Shown one piece after another: positions 17,328-26,250 of a stretch of DNA of 46,633 nt (its first letter is position 1; every line of letters starts with the position of its first letter). The notes under the pieces were generated by a model, which made no database searches, had not been told where the DNA came from, and was given only the letters and a program-made list of their open reading frames with translations. The stretch is from positions 1 through 46,633 of the forward strand of contig CANQYX010000004.1 of the NCBI GenBank assembly GCA_947628205.1. Reading direction: 5' to 3'. Origin of the DNA: an uncultured Clostridia bacterium. Its GTDB lineage: Bacteria > Bacillota > Clostridia > Christensenellales > UBA1242. The position numbers and the translations under genes were made by a program.

Positions 17328-19683
17328 AATTGAACATTTTGTTAAGCACCATATAAACAGGGCAAGACGCTTGCACCACAACCAGCCAAACAAGGAAATC
17401 AAACTTTTCAATGGTAACATACTTAAACAGTTCTGGCATGGTTATAACCATGAAAACAGACAACGCCAAGCACGAAATGTACATTATAATTTTGAATGGA
17501 TTAAATGGTTTGCACATTTTGTAAAGTGCCAAAAAGCCAACAACCAAAATGGCGAGAGAACACAAGGTTACAAGCACTTCGGTTGAAATGCCGGCATAAG
17601 TTTGATACATATACATTGCAATTGTAACCGCCACCAAAGTTAGGCCGGCTGGCACGGTGTTTTTTGCCACATTTGAAAGGAATTTACCTTTAATTGGGTT
17701 AGTGTTAGGTTGCAGTGCCAAACAGAACGATGGCAGGCCAATAACAAACATTTCTAGCAAAATAAATTGAATTGGGCTGAACGGATAAGTTTTGCCCGCA
17801 CATAGCACAAAAATTGAAATGCAAATTGCAAAAATTGTTTTCATAAGGAACAGCGAAGAAGATTTTTGCACGTTGTTAACCACGCGTCTGCCTTCCGCCA
17901 CCACGCTTGGCATAGAACTAAAATTGCTATCCAAAAGCACAAGCTGGCTGACCGAACGCGCGGCGTCACTGCCGGCGGCAATTGCAACCGAACAATCTGC
18001 CTCTTTAAGCGCGAGAATGTCGTTAACGCCGTCGCCCGTCATTGCAACTGTTTTGCCTTGCTGTTTAAGCGCGCGCACCAAAACGGCCTTTTGTTCCGGA
18101 CTAACGCGGCCAAAAATTGTGTATTCTGTGGCAATTTCCGCCACCTGCTCGTTGGACATGCCTTGCAAACTTATATATTTATCATAATGCTCCACGCCAA
18201 CTCGGCGCGCAACTTCGCTTACAGTAATTGGGTTGTCGCCCGAAATAATTTTTATATCCACTTCGTTTTGTTTAAACCATTCAATTGTTTTTGGTGCGTC
18301 TTTACGAATGTTGTCCTGCAACAGAACAAGTGCCACTGGCTTGCAGTTAGATGAACTGAAATTGTTGTCGCACTCGGCAAGCAGCAACACGCGATACCCA
18401 CTTAAACCATATTGTTCGGCTTGCTTTTTTAGGGCGTCGGTTGGCTTGTCCATAACATACTCATACGCGCCAAGTTTATATGCGCCCACGCTTTTAAACT
18501 TGCAACCCATAAACTTGCGTTCGCTTGAAAATGGCACACTTTTATCCGCCACATAGCAAGGTTTGCCAAAATAAGATTTAAGCGCAATTGCGGTGTGGTT
18601 GGCATCGTGAAAGGCATTAACCATTGAGGCAACAATTTTGTCCACATCTTTTAAGGTCTCTTTGCCTAAAAGCACAACATCTTTAACGCTCATCGAGCCG
18701 TTTGTTAGTGTGCCAGTTTTGTCCAGACACAGCACGTTTGTGCGCGCTAGCATTTCGATGCAATAAAGGTCTTGCACCAGCGTGCGTTTTTTGGCAAGAC
18801 GAATTACGCTAACCGCCAACGCAACCGAAGTTAAAAGGAACATGCCGGCCGGAATCATGGCGGTTATGCAACCTGCAGTTTTGGTTATAACGTTATATAT
18901 CAGGCCGCCAGTTGCTGGGTTTGCTGTGTAATATTTATAGTTGTTGTAAAGCATAACAATGGCAATCGGCACCATAAAAATTGAAATAATTTTAATAAGC
19001 GCGCGAAGCGAAGTTAACAACTCGCTTTTTGCCTGCTTAAAGGTTTTTGCTTTTTGGCTTAGTTGGGAAATGTAGTTGTCATCGCCAATTTTGTTCACCT
19101 TTGCTTTGCCCGTGCCGGAAGAAACGAAACTTCCGCCCAAAAGAGAATCTCTTTTTTGCTTTTTTACTGGCTGGCTTTCGCCCGTTAGCAAACTTTCGTT
19201 CACTTCAAGCGCACCGTCCAAAACCACGCTGTCGCACGCAATTTGCATGCCTGGGTTTAAAACCAAAACATCATCTAACACAACTTCGGTTTTGTAAACC
19301 TCTTCTTCCTCGCCATCGCGAATAACTTTTGTGAAGTTGGAATTGGTTAGCGACAATTTGTCCATGGTTTTTTTGGCGCGAATTTCTTGAAAAATGCCAA
19401 TCGCCGTGTTTAAAATAACAATAACCATAAACATAAGGTCGCTAAACGCTTTAACATAGCAAAGCGCAACCGCAACCACCAAACAGGTTATGTTAAAAAA
19501 TGTAAAAATGTTTTTTGCAAAAATGCTGCCCAAACTTTTGCTGGTTTTTATGTTTGAAACATTGGTTAAGCCGGCCTCAACGCGCTTGGCAACTTGCGCC
19601 GAACTTAACCCCTCACTAGCCTTGGGGTTAAAGCGCGAAATGGCTTGTTTATCCCCTTTAAAGTTTTTATTTTTCTTTTTCAT
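17311..19683 (-). CDS. Cation-translocating P-type ATPase (E1-E2, HAD-IC type); ion specificity not assignable
   Basis: TGES, the CLDKTGTLTNG phosphorylation motif, MTGDGVNDILALKEADCSVAI hinge and multiple TM helices. 790 aa. Confidence 0.9.
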   Translation of the reverse strand: MKKKNKNFKGDKQAISRFNPKASEGLSSAQVAKRVEAGLTNVSNIKTSKSLGSIFAKNIFTFFNITCLVVAVALCYVKAFSDLMFMVIVILNTAIGIFQEIRAKKTMDKLSLTNSNFTKVIRDGEEEEVYKTEVVLDDVLVLNPGMQIACDSVVLDGALEVNESLLTGESQPVKKQKRDSLLGGSFVSSGTGKAKVNKIGDDNYISQLSQKAKTFKQAKSELLTSLRALIKIISIFMVPIAIVMLYNNYKYYTANPATGGLIYNVITKTAGCITAMIPAGMFLLTSVALAVSVIRLAKKRTLVQDLYCIEMLARTNVLCLDKTGTLTNGSMSVKDVVLLGKETLKDVDKIVASMVNAFHDANHTAIALKSYFGKPCYVADKSVPFSSERKFMGCKFKSVGAYKLGAYEYVMDKPTDALKKQAEQYGLSGYRVLLLAECDNNFSSSNCKPVALVLLQDNIRKDAPKTIEWFKQNEVDIKIISGDNPITVSEVARRVGVEHYDKYISLQGMSNEQVAEIATEYTIFGRVSPEQKAVLVRALKQQGKTVAMTGDGVNDILALKEADCSVAIAAGSDAARSVSQLVLLDSNFSSMPSVVAEGRRVVNNVQKSSSLFLMKTIFAICISIFVLCAGKTYPFSPIQFILLEMFVIGLPSFCLALQPNTNPIKGKFLSNVAKNTVPAGLTLVAVTIAMYMYQTYAGISTEVLVTLCSLAILVVGFLALYKMCKPFNPFKIIMYISCLALSVFMVITMPELFKYVTIEKFDFLVWLVVVQASCPVYMVLNKMFNWHSGN

Positions 19684-19878
19684 AATTTCCTTTCTATAAA
19701 TATTTATATAAAATTAATATTTTTAAAATATTGTATATTTAAAATATTAACACAATTGTTTGCTTTTTACAATTAATTTTAATTTGTTTTAAATAATATT
19801 TGCCAACATTTCGCCTTGAAAGATGAATTTTGTAACATAATTTTTGCAAAACACATAAAAACCAACAAGGGGATATTT

Positions 19879-20394
19879 ATGGGATTTGAAAATATTGAAC
19901 TACGGGTTAAGCAACCTTATCCGCAAATTGAGGGCGCAACAGATGATTTGCAAACTGTGGCGGTGTTAAAAGATTTGGCAAACGGGCGAGATGGTGAATT
20001 GTGCGCAATTTTAACCTACATTTTTCAATCGACAATTGCGGATAAAACTAACGATGACATAGGCAAAATTTTTGAAGAAATTGCAATTGTGGAGATGTGC
20101 CATTTGGGGCTTCTTATGCACGCAATTTGCGATTTTGGCGGCACTCCAAAATATGAAATAAGCAGCGGAGCACCATTTAATATTAATAACGTGAATTATA
20201 ACACCAAGTTAAAGGACATTCTGGATATAGACATACGCGAAGAACAGGGTGCAATTGCAAATTACACTCAAGCCATAAAAATGGTTAAAAACCAAAGTTT
20301 AAAAGATTTATTTGCACGCATAATTTTGGACGAACAAAAACATATTGATGCATTAAAACAAGTCCGCGCCCAGGTTCAATTTTTGTCAGTTTAA
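19879..20394 (+). CDS. CotJC-like / manganese-catalase-family ferritin-like protein
   Basis: Blocks GRDGELCAILTYIFQ, IAIVEMCHLGLLMHAI, DIREEQGAIANYTQAI and ILDEQKHIDALKQV parallel the four-helix metal-binding blocks of B. subtilis CotJC. Start moved to ATG 19879 (RBS aaggggat) from the TTG at 19816. Confidence 0.6.
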   Translation: MGFENIELRVKQPYPQIEGATDDLQTVAVLKDLANGRDGELCAILTYIFQSTIADKTNDDIGKIFEEIAIVEMCHLGLLMHAICDFGGTPKYEISSGAPFNINNVNYNTKLKDILDIDIREEQGAIANYTQAIKMVKNQSLKDLFARIILDEQKHIDALKQVRAQVQFLSV

Positions 20395-20600
20395 CAAAAA
20401 ATTATTAAAAATTTTAAAAAATAGTAAAAATTAAATAAAAAATACAAAAAATTAATAAAAAATTAAATATTTTTAAAAATTTTTGTAAAAACGTTAAAAA
20501 AATAAATTAAATTTGCAAAAAATCATAAAAAATTAAAATAAAAATATAAAAAATAATAAAAATTTTAATAAAAATGCAATAATTTGATAAAAATTTATAA

Positions 20601-20624
20601 AAAAAATACGCATTTTTGCGTATT
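20601..20624 (-). terminator. Terminator of the XRE gene; 24-nt sequence identical to 21393-21416
   Basis: aaaaaatacgcatttttgcgtatt. Stem atacgca/tgcgtat, with a T-run on the minus strand. Confidence 0.7.
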
Positions 20625-20935
20625 TATTTTTTATCTTGCAAACCATTAATATATCCAATAACTTTATCAGCATTTGTAGGATTTAAATGTAAAACCAATT
20701 CAACCAAAGATTTAATTTTATCATCTAACATGCGCAAATCTAAAAATTGAGTATCATTTTCAATAATTGTGTCCACGCTTACTCCAAAAATTTCGGACAT
20801 TCTTTTTAAAGTCCCAATACTAGGCTCAGATATACCTTTTTCATATTTTAAAATCGATACGGATGTTAAACCAAGTTTTGCCCCTAACGCTTTTTGAGAC
20901 AAATGTAACTTATCTCTATATTCTTTAATTCTCAT
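20624..20935 (-). CDS. XRE-family helix-turn-helix transcriptional regulator
   Basis: MRIKEYRDKLHLSQKALGAKLGLTSVSILKYEKGISEPSIGTLKRMSEIFGVSVDTII is a canonical HTH_3 domain. I prefer the start at 20935 (MRIKEY) over the 20 codons of upstream extension in the ORF track. AT-richer than neighbouring genes by eye. Confidence 0.8.
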   Translation of the reverse strand: MRIKEYRDKLHLSQKALGAKLGLTSVSILKYEKGISEPSIGTLKRMSEIFGVSVDTIIENDTQFLDLRMLDDKIKSLVELVLHLNPTNADKVIGYINGLQDKK

Positions 20936-20966
20936 ATTGATATTATTGATATTTTTTTGAAAAACC

Positions 20967-20995
20967 TTACTAAAAGTTAGGATTTTGCTTGACAA
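20967..20995 (-). promoter_or_regulatory. Candidate sigma-A promoter of the XRE gene
   Basis: On the minus strand, TTGTCA (20995-20990), 17 nt, TAGTAA (20972-20967). Its -35 overlaps the -35 of the divergent plus-strand promoter. Confidence 0.45.
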
Positions 20996-21017
20996 ATTAA
21001 CAGATAGTTAATATAAT
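20989..21017 (+). promoter_or_regulatory. Consensus sigma-A promoter for the 99-aa gene
   Basis: TTGACA (20989-20994), exactly 17 nt, TATAAT (21012-21017). Confidence 0.75.
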
Positions 21018-21072
21018 GTTGGTACGATTAACAAATGGTAATCGGATTTTAGGAATATTAACAGGAGGTTAA
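20997..21072. promoter_or_regulatory. Three phased operator-like palindromes
   Basis: TTAAC-agata-GTTAA (20997-21011, inside the promoter spacer). cgaTTAAC-aaatg-GTAATcg (21025-21044, imperfect). TTAAC-aggag-GTTAA (21058-21072, covering the RBS). Site starts are 31 and 30 bp apart. Confidence 0.55.
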
Positions 21073-21074
21073 CG

Positions 21075-21374
21075 ATGAATTGTAGTGATTGTAAAAATTA
21101 TTGCAACGAGGGCGATACAAAAAAGAAAAAGAGTTTTTGCAAAATAAAAGAGAATTTTACAATGGTGCCTTGCGCCGATTTTGATTATCGAACTGGCAAT
21201 TTCTATTATGAGTTTTTAAGTAAAAATGAAGTTTTGCGGTTTATTGAAAAATCTTTGCGGGCGGTTAATGAAGTGCGTAATAATTTGGAAGCGCTGGGTT
21301 ATTATATCCGAGAATTTGGCCCCGAGTTTGATAAAGCAGATGAAAGGTTAAAAAAACACATAATAAAAGGGTAA
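21075..21374 (+). CDS. Small hypothetical protein (99 aa) with an N-terminal Cys cluster
   Basis: MNCSDCKNYC...FC...PC motif. Strong RBS aggagg 7 nt upstream. Divergent from the XRE gene. Confidence 0.6.
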   Translation: MNCSDCKNYCNEGDTKKKKSFCKIKENFTMVPCADFDYRTGNFYYEFLSKNEVLRFIEKSLRAVNEVRNNLEALGYYIREFGPEFDKADERLKKHIIKG

Positions 21375-21392
21375 AAAGAAAAGCTATAAAGA

Positions 21393-21416
21393 AAAAATAC
21401 GCATTTTTGCGTATTG
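21393..21416 (-). terminator. Hairpin identical to 20601-20624; likely terminator of the minus-strand PRC-barrel gene
   Basis: aaaaaatacgcatttttgcgtatt. A T-run is present only on the minus strand. Confidence 0.55.
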
Positions 21417-21443
21417 TCATGTTGAGCGTAAGCGAAACATCTA
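21417..21443. repeat. S-family hairpin unit (GT/AC variant)
   Basis: gtcatgttgagcgtaagcgaaacatct. Same as the reverse complement of 44613-44639. Confidence 0.8.
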
Positions 21444-21471
21444 ATTGAAATTTTTAACTTTTAAATATATT

Positions 21472-22221
21472 TTATTTTGAATAAAGCATTAGTTCGCGAA
21501 GTTTACCATATTTATTAATTTCTTTTAAATTCTTTTTGGTTATAACCGCATGTGCCTTAATTAAAATTTCGTTGTTAAAATTGAAAATGTCCTTTGTGCA
21601 AACGCGCCCAAGCAAAAAATCTGCGCTTTGGACATTTGGCTTTGGCGTTTCCACTTCAATAGCGTTTGGCGATTGATTGCTTTGCAGATTTGTTTCGTTG
21701 GCAGGTTTTGGCATAATTTCTGCCGTTTGAACATTGTTAGATTTAAAAATTTTAGGGCTTTTTTGTGGGGTAAATTTTTTAACATTAACTCTATCTGTGT
21801 TTTCGTAAAAAATGGTGGTGTTTTTGCCCGAAGATGCAAGGGTGGAAATATCCAATGCTTTGTCGTTATCTAGCGAAAATTTTTCGGTTAAAAATTTTTC
21901 GTTTAAGCTTATTTCTTTAATAACACCCAAATATTCTCCACGTATGGTGTAGGCCTTAGAATTTATTGGGCAGGTTACAAAATCGCTGTCCTCCACCTTC
22001 AATTTAACCGCCTGATTATTTTTAACTGTTATGGCGTTTTTGCCAAGATGATAAATTGATTTTGTGGGCAAAATAAGTTTGTTGCCTTCTTCGCCAACCA
22101 ATTCCAATTCCATAAGTTTTTTTAGTTTTCTATCAAAATAAAGTTTGTCCACCACGCCTAAAAGATTGCCCTCGTATAGGGATAAAACATTCAAACCCAA
22201 AAATTCTTTACAATAAAACAT
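21472..22221 (-). CDS. Protein with tandem PRC-barrel domains (YlmC/YmxH-like sporulation family)
   Basis: FLGLNVLSLYEGNLLGVVDKLYFDRKLKKLMELEL...LPTKSIYHLGKNAITV fits the PRC-barrel pattern. A second copy begins at AYTIRGEYLGVIKEISLNEKF. Confidence 0.45.
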   Translation of the reverse strand: MFYCKEFLGLNVLSLYEGNLLGVVDKLYFDRKLKKLMELELVGEEGNKLILPTKSIYHLGKNAITVKNNQAVKLKVEDSDFVTCPINSKAYTIRGEYLGVIKEISLNEKFLTEKFSLDNDKALDISTLASSGKNTTIFYENTDRVNVKKFTPQKSPKIFKSNNVQTAEIMPKPANETNLQSNQSPNAIEVETPKPNVQSADFLLGRVCTKDIFNFNNEILIKAHAVITKKNLKEINKYGKLRELMLYSK

Positions 22222-22307
22222 TTTTCACCTCTAAACTATTTTATGTTTGTTTTTTTAGTATAGAACAGCGGATGAAATTTTGAATTGAATTATTTTTACT
22301 AATTTAT

Positions 22308-22336
22308 TTGCAAAATGCCGAAATTTTGGGTATAAT
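22308..22336 (+). promoter_or_regulatory. Sigma-A type promoter for the lipoprotein gene
   Basis: TTGCAA (22308-22313), 17 nt, TATAAT (22331-22336). Confidence 0.6.
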
Positions 22337-22377
22337 ACAAAAAAATAAGGTAAATTTTGCAAAATCCAGGGGGAAAT

Positions 22378-23568
22378 ATGAAAAAGGTTTTGTTGTTTAT
22401 CTTAATATGCTTGCCTTTTTGCTTTTTTGGTTGCGCAAAACAAAATGTTGTAAAGCTTGAAACACCAAAAAATTTGTCGGTGGAAAATGGCAATATTCGG
22501 TTCGAGCGCGTAAAAGACGAGCAGTTTTATTTAATTGAAATTAACACCTTGCAAATTTTGGCGGACATAAACAACAGCCATGTTGAAATTTACAGCGAAA
22601 ACGGGGTGAATTATTTTGAATTTGACGCGAGCAATTTGTTAACAGTTGGCGAAGATTACGCAATAAAAGTTCAAGCGTGCGCTAAAGGGAAAAAATCTAG
22701 CGATTTTGTTGCGCTAAATTATACATATACTCATCATTCTAAACTGAACATACCAACCAATTTAAAAATTGTAAACGATGTGTTAACTTGGGATGCGGTT
22801 GAGGGCGCGCAGTTTTATCGGGTTGAAATAACCACGCCAAAAAGACATGTGGAAACGCTTAACGTTAGCCAAAATTTATTTAATTTAAAAAGCACGCTTA
22901 ACGATGCTGGAAAATACACTTTTAAAGTTATGGCTCAAACCAACGATAATAATTTTTCAAGCAGCGATGTGGCGGTGAAAGAATGCGAACATTTTGTAAA
23001 CCTTAACACGCCATCCGGGTTGGAAATAGATGAGCAAAGCTTAATTTTATCCGCCCAAGTTGACGAGCGCGCAAATGCAGTTGAAATAAAAATTAACAAC
23101 GAACAATTTGTTGTGGAAAAACAGGTTGACGGGCTGGAAATTGAAGGGCAAACATGGAAATTCAATTTAAAAAATTTGGTTTCGCATTTTAGCCATTCAA
23201 TAGATTTTACAGTTTTGGGGAACTATCAAATTAAATTAAAAGCAGAGTTTGTAACCAACACAAAAAATTATTATAACTCTTCCGCGTTTAGCGCAAGTGT
23301 AAATTATGTAAGCACGAAAAAATTAAATGCGCCAAAAGCGGAAATTGTTGAAAAGGGCGCGCAAAAAATTGTGCAATTTAGCTCGGGCGAAATTGAGCAT
23401 GTTTCTGGCTTTTTGTTAGAGGTAAATTTTGGGGGCAGCAGCCAGCAATTTGTGTTTGACGCATCGGTAACAAGTTTTGTTCTGCCCGAAAATTTTGTGT
23501 CGGTTAGCGTAACCGCGCTTGGCAAAGGGTTTTATTTAAATTCAACAGCAACAACCGTTTTAAAATAA
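22378..23568 (+). CDS. Lipoprotein with four FN3/Ig-like repeats
   Basis: MKKVLLFILICLPFCFFGCAKQ carries the lipobox FFGC. Four modules each open with L-(E/N)-x-P..L and contain (Q/A)FY.(I/V)EI-like strands. Start at ATG 22378 (RBS aggggga) instead of the TTG at 22357. Confidence 0.6.
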   Translation: MKKVLLFILICLPFCFFGCAKQNVVKLETPKNLSVENGNIRFERVKDEQFYLIEINTLQILADINNSHVEIYSENGVNYFEFDASNLLTVGEDYAIKVQACAKGKKSSDFVALNYTYTHHSKLNIPTNLKIVNDVLTWDAVEGAQFYRVEITTPKRHVETLNVSQNLFNLKSTLNDAGKYTFKVMAQTNDNNFSSSDVAVKECEHFVNLNTPSGLEIDEQSLILSAQVDERANAVEIKINNEQFVVEKQVDGLEIEGQTWKFNLKNLVSHFSHSIDFTVLGNYQIKLKAEFVTNTKNYYNSSAFSASVNYVSTKKLNAPKAEIVEKGAQKIVQFSSGEIEHVSGFLLEVNFGGSSQQFVFDASVTSFVLPENFVSVSVTALGKGFYLNSTATTVLK

Positions 23569-23621
23569 AAGCAAAATTTTAATGGTGGTATAAATTTATT
23601 GTGGTTGTTTAAACTAACGCT

Positions 23622-25082
23622 ATGAAGGTTAGCGCGCAGGATACAACCAAAGAAATTCAGCAAAAATTGCATCAAAGCAGTGATGTTAAAACACGCTCGG
23701 TGCAATTTTTTGGCACGTCGGTCAGTTTAATTTACATTGCCGACATAACCGACACTCTGCTTATGAACAACTCGCTGGTGTTCCCCATGGTTAGTTTTTC
23801 AAACGAGGTTTCGCGCGATGTGGTTAAAGAGTTGAAAGACAAGGTGCTTTCCAACCACGAAGTTAACGAATTTGAAGATGTTAAAGGCGCGATTGATGGC
23901 TTGCTTAAAGGCATGACGCTAATTTTGGTGGATGGCGCGGACAAAATTCTTGCCTGCGACATGGAAAAAATTACCACCCGTGCGGTTATGGAGCCACCAA
24001 CCAGCGTGGTTATTAAAGGTCCGCGTGAAGGGTTTACAGAAAGCATCAAATATAACTTTGCGCTAATTAGAAAACGGGTTAGAACGGATGATTTAGTGGT
24101 TAAAACCATGGAAATTGGCGAACTTACTAAAACACAGGTGGGCGTTGTTTATTTCAATTCGGTGGCGGATAAAAAAATTGTTGACGCCATAACAAAAAAA
24201 CTTAAAGAAATTAAAATTGATGGGGTGTTGGATGCACATTATCTTATTTCGTATTTGCAGCGCAACAAACACTCGCTTTTTAAACAGATTGGCGATGTTG
24301 AAAAGCCAGACATTTTAGTTGGCAAAATGCTTGAAGGGCGAGTTGGCATTTTGGTGGATGGCAGCCCGATTGCGCTAACCTTGCCCTTTGTTTTAATTGA
24401 AGATTTGCAAAATAGCGATGACTATTACAGCCAGCCTATCCGCGTGGCTTTTGTGCGCATTTTGCGCCTAATTGGCGTTATTTGTGCGGTGGTTTTGCCG
24501 GGAGTTTATGTTGCGCTTGAAATTTATCATTATAAAATTTTGCCCACGCAGTTTTTGGTTACAATTATGAACACCACGCAAGGCATTCCGTTTTCGCCTT
24601 TTATGGAAATTTTGTTTTTGGTGCTGCTGTTTGAAATTCTTTACGAAGCCAATTTGCGAATGCCTCAATATTTTGGTATGGCCATGAGCATTGTGGGCGC
24701 GCTAATTTTAGGCGAAACAACGGTTAACGCCGGTTTGGTTTCGCCGCCTGCCGTTATGATTGTGGCACTTTCGGGCATAACGTTTTACATCATTCCCAGC
24801 CAAGCGGCGCAGTTTAGCATTTTAAGGTTGTGCGCAATTGTAATTGGCGCGTGCTTAGGGCTTTATGGCATGATGATTTTTTGCGTGTTCATTCTATCGT
24901 ATCTATCCAATTTCGATAGTTATAAATCTGCCTATCTTGCGCCTAGCGCGCCCTACATTGAAAACGACCAGCAAGACCTGTTTAAGCGCGCTAACATTGC
25001 CGAAATGAAAAAGCGGCCGAAATCCATTTCCAACAACCGCAAAAACAATATAAGGAGGGGCAAGGATGACGCTCAAAGTTAA
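23622..25082 (+). CDS. Spore germination receptor subunit A (GerA/GerKA family)
   Basis: Typical GerA-family soluble N-terminal domain (REGFTESIKYNFALIRKRV, VGVVYF, GVLDAHYL, GRVGILVDGSP) followed by about 5 TM helices. Confidence 0.8.
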   Translation: MKVSAQDTTKEIQQKLHQSSDVKTRSVQFFGTSVSLIYIADITDTLLMNNSLVFPMVSFSNEVSRDVVKELKDKVLSNHEVNEFEDVKGAIDGLLKGMTLILVDGADKILACDMEKITTRAVMEPPTSVVIKGPREGFTESIKYNFALIRKRVRTDDLVVKTMEIGELTKTQVGVVYFNSVADKKIVDAITKKLKEIKIDGVLDAHYLISYLQRNKHSLFKQIGDVEKPDILVGKMLEGRVGILVDGSPIALTLPFVLIEDLQNSDDYYSQPIRVAFVRILRLIGVICAVVLPGVYVALEIYHYKILPTQFLVTIMNTTQGIPFSPFMEILFLVLLFEILYEANLRMPQYFGMAMSIVGALILGETTVNAGLVSPPAVMIVALSGITFYIIPSQAAQFSILRLCAIVIGACLGLYGMMIFCVFILSYLSNFDSYKSAYLAPSAPYIENDQQDLFKRANIAEMKKRPKSISNNRKNNIRRGKDDAQS

Positions 25083-26250
25083 TTATAGGCAACTCTCTAT
25101 TTTGGTGTTTATGAGTTTTATCGCGCTAAAATTTTTGGCACTTCCAAGCTTAATGTATCTGGACAGCGAAAACATGAGCTGGATTGTTGCGTTGGTTATA
25201 ATGGTTATTGACGGGCTTTATGTGTTTTTGCTGCTAGATTTGATGCGCAAATGCAAACACCGCAACATTTTAGATTTTATGACGGCCACGCTTGGGCCGG
25301 TTATGTCGCGCGTGTTTTTAGTGGTGCTTATGCTTAAATATGCGCTGGTTATTGCAAACATCTCTAAGGGGCTTGAATTTTTTGTGGTGGAAAATTTCTA
25401 CGAAAAACTAAACTGGGTGGTGTTTGTTTTGCCGCTGCTGCTGTTAACTGGTTTTATGGTGTATAAGGGGGTTAGAAACATTGCGCGCGTAAGCGAAATT
25501 ATTTGTTGGGCAATAATTTTTGGCTGCCTTTATTTAGCGGTTAAGTCGGTTATGGGCGTTGAGCCACTAAACTTTTTGCCGCTGTTTGAAGATGGGGTAA
25601 CGCCACTTTTTAAAAGTGGGTTTAACCATTTAAGTTGGTTTGGCTCGTGCACATTTATGTTTATGCTGTTTGGCAAAGTGGATTTTTCGCGCGAAAAAAT
25701 TGGGCAGATGATTAAATACATTGTGTGCTCCATTTTGCTGGTTATGTTAATTTTCTTTATATTTTTTGGCCTGTTTGAAGCCACCGCGCCCATCCACACC
25801 TTTGCCATAAGTGACATAAGCCAATTTTCAAGCGGACACAGTTCAATTGACGAACTTTCTTGGCTGGTGGTTGCGCTTTGGGTTACCGCGCAGGCAGTGC
25901 AGTTGGCGTTGTATAGCTATTGCATGGTGGAAACAATTAAGGCACTGTTTAACATACGCAGCAACACCTTCCCTATTATATTTGTGTTGTTATACATTTT
26001 TTTGTGGAGTTATGTTGGCGAAATGACTGTGAGGCTTGAACGCGTGTTTTTAACGCCATATGCATCGATTGTAACGCTGGTTGCGCAATATGTTTTGCCA
26101 TGGCTTATGCTTATTGGCTATGGCACAATGGGGAAAGCGAAACGCCAGCAATTTGAAATGTCAACCGAACAAAACGCAAAAGAGAGTTTGCAAAACAGCA
26201 AAAATAATCGCGCTAAAACTGCCAAGGCGGTGAAAAATGAAAAAGCTTAA
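25066..26250 (+). CDS. Spore germination receptor subunit B (Spore_permease/APC-like, about 10 TM)
   Basis: Polytopic membrane protein beginning ..YRQLSILVFMSFIALKFLALPS. Overlaps the upstream A-subunit gene by 17 nt, as is usual in gerA-type operons. Confidence 0.7.
   Translation: MTLKVNYRQLSILVFMSFIALKFLALPSLMYLDSENMSWIVALVIMVIDGLYVFLLLDLMRKCKHRNILDFMTATLGPVMSRVFLVVLMLKYALVIANISKGLEFFVVENFYEKLNWVVFVLPLLLLTGFMVYKGVRNIARVSEIICWAIIFGCLYLAVKSVMGVEPLNFLPLFEDGVTPLFKSGFNHLSWFGSCTFMFMLFGKVDFSREKIGQMIKYIVCSILLVMLIFFIFFGLFEATAPIHTFAISDISQFSSGHSSIDELSWLVVALWVTAQAVQLALYSYCMVETIKALFNIRSNTFPIIFVLLYIFLWSYVGEMTVRLERVFLTPYASIVTLVAQYVLPWLMLIGYGTMGKAKRQQFEMSTEQNAKESLQNSKNNRAKTAKAVKNEKA

Noticed and set aside
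17792-19325. Multiple plus-strand ORFs (92-162 aa) inside the P-type ATPase gene
   Set aside because: They are antisense to a full-length, motif-complete ATPase ORF. Their composition is Ala/Arg/Cys/Leu-rich, as expected from the reverse frames, and none has an RBS.
20624-21374. Firm assignment of the XRE and 99-aa pair as a toxin-antitoxin system
   Set aside because: The genes are divergent rather than co-transcribed, and the small protein has no recognisable toxin fold. The pairing is kept only as one of several possibilities.
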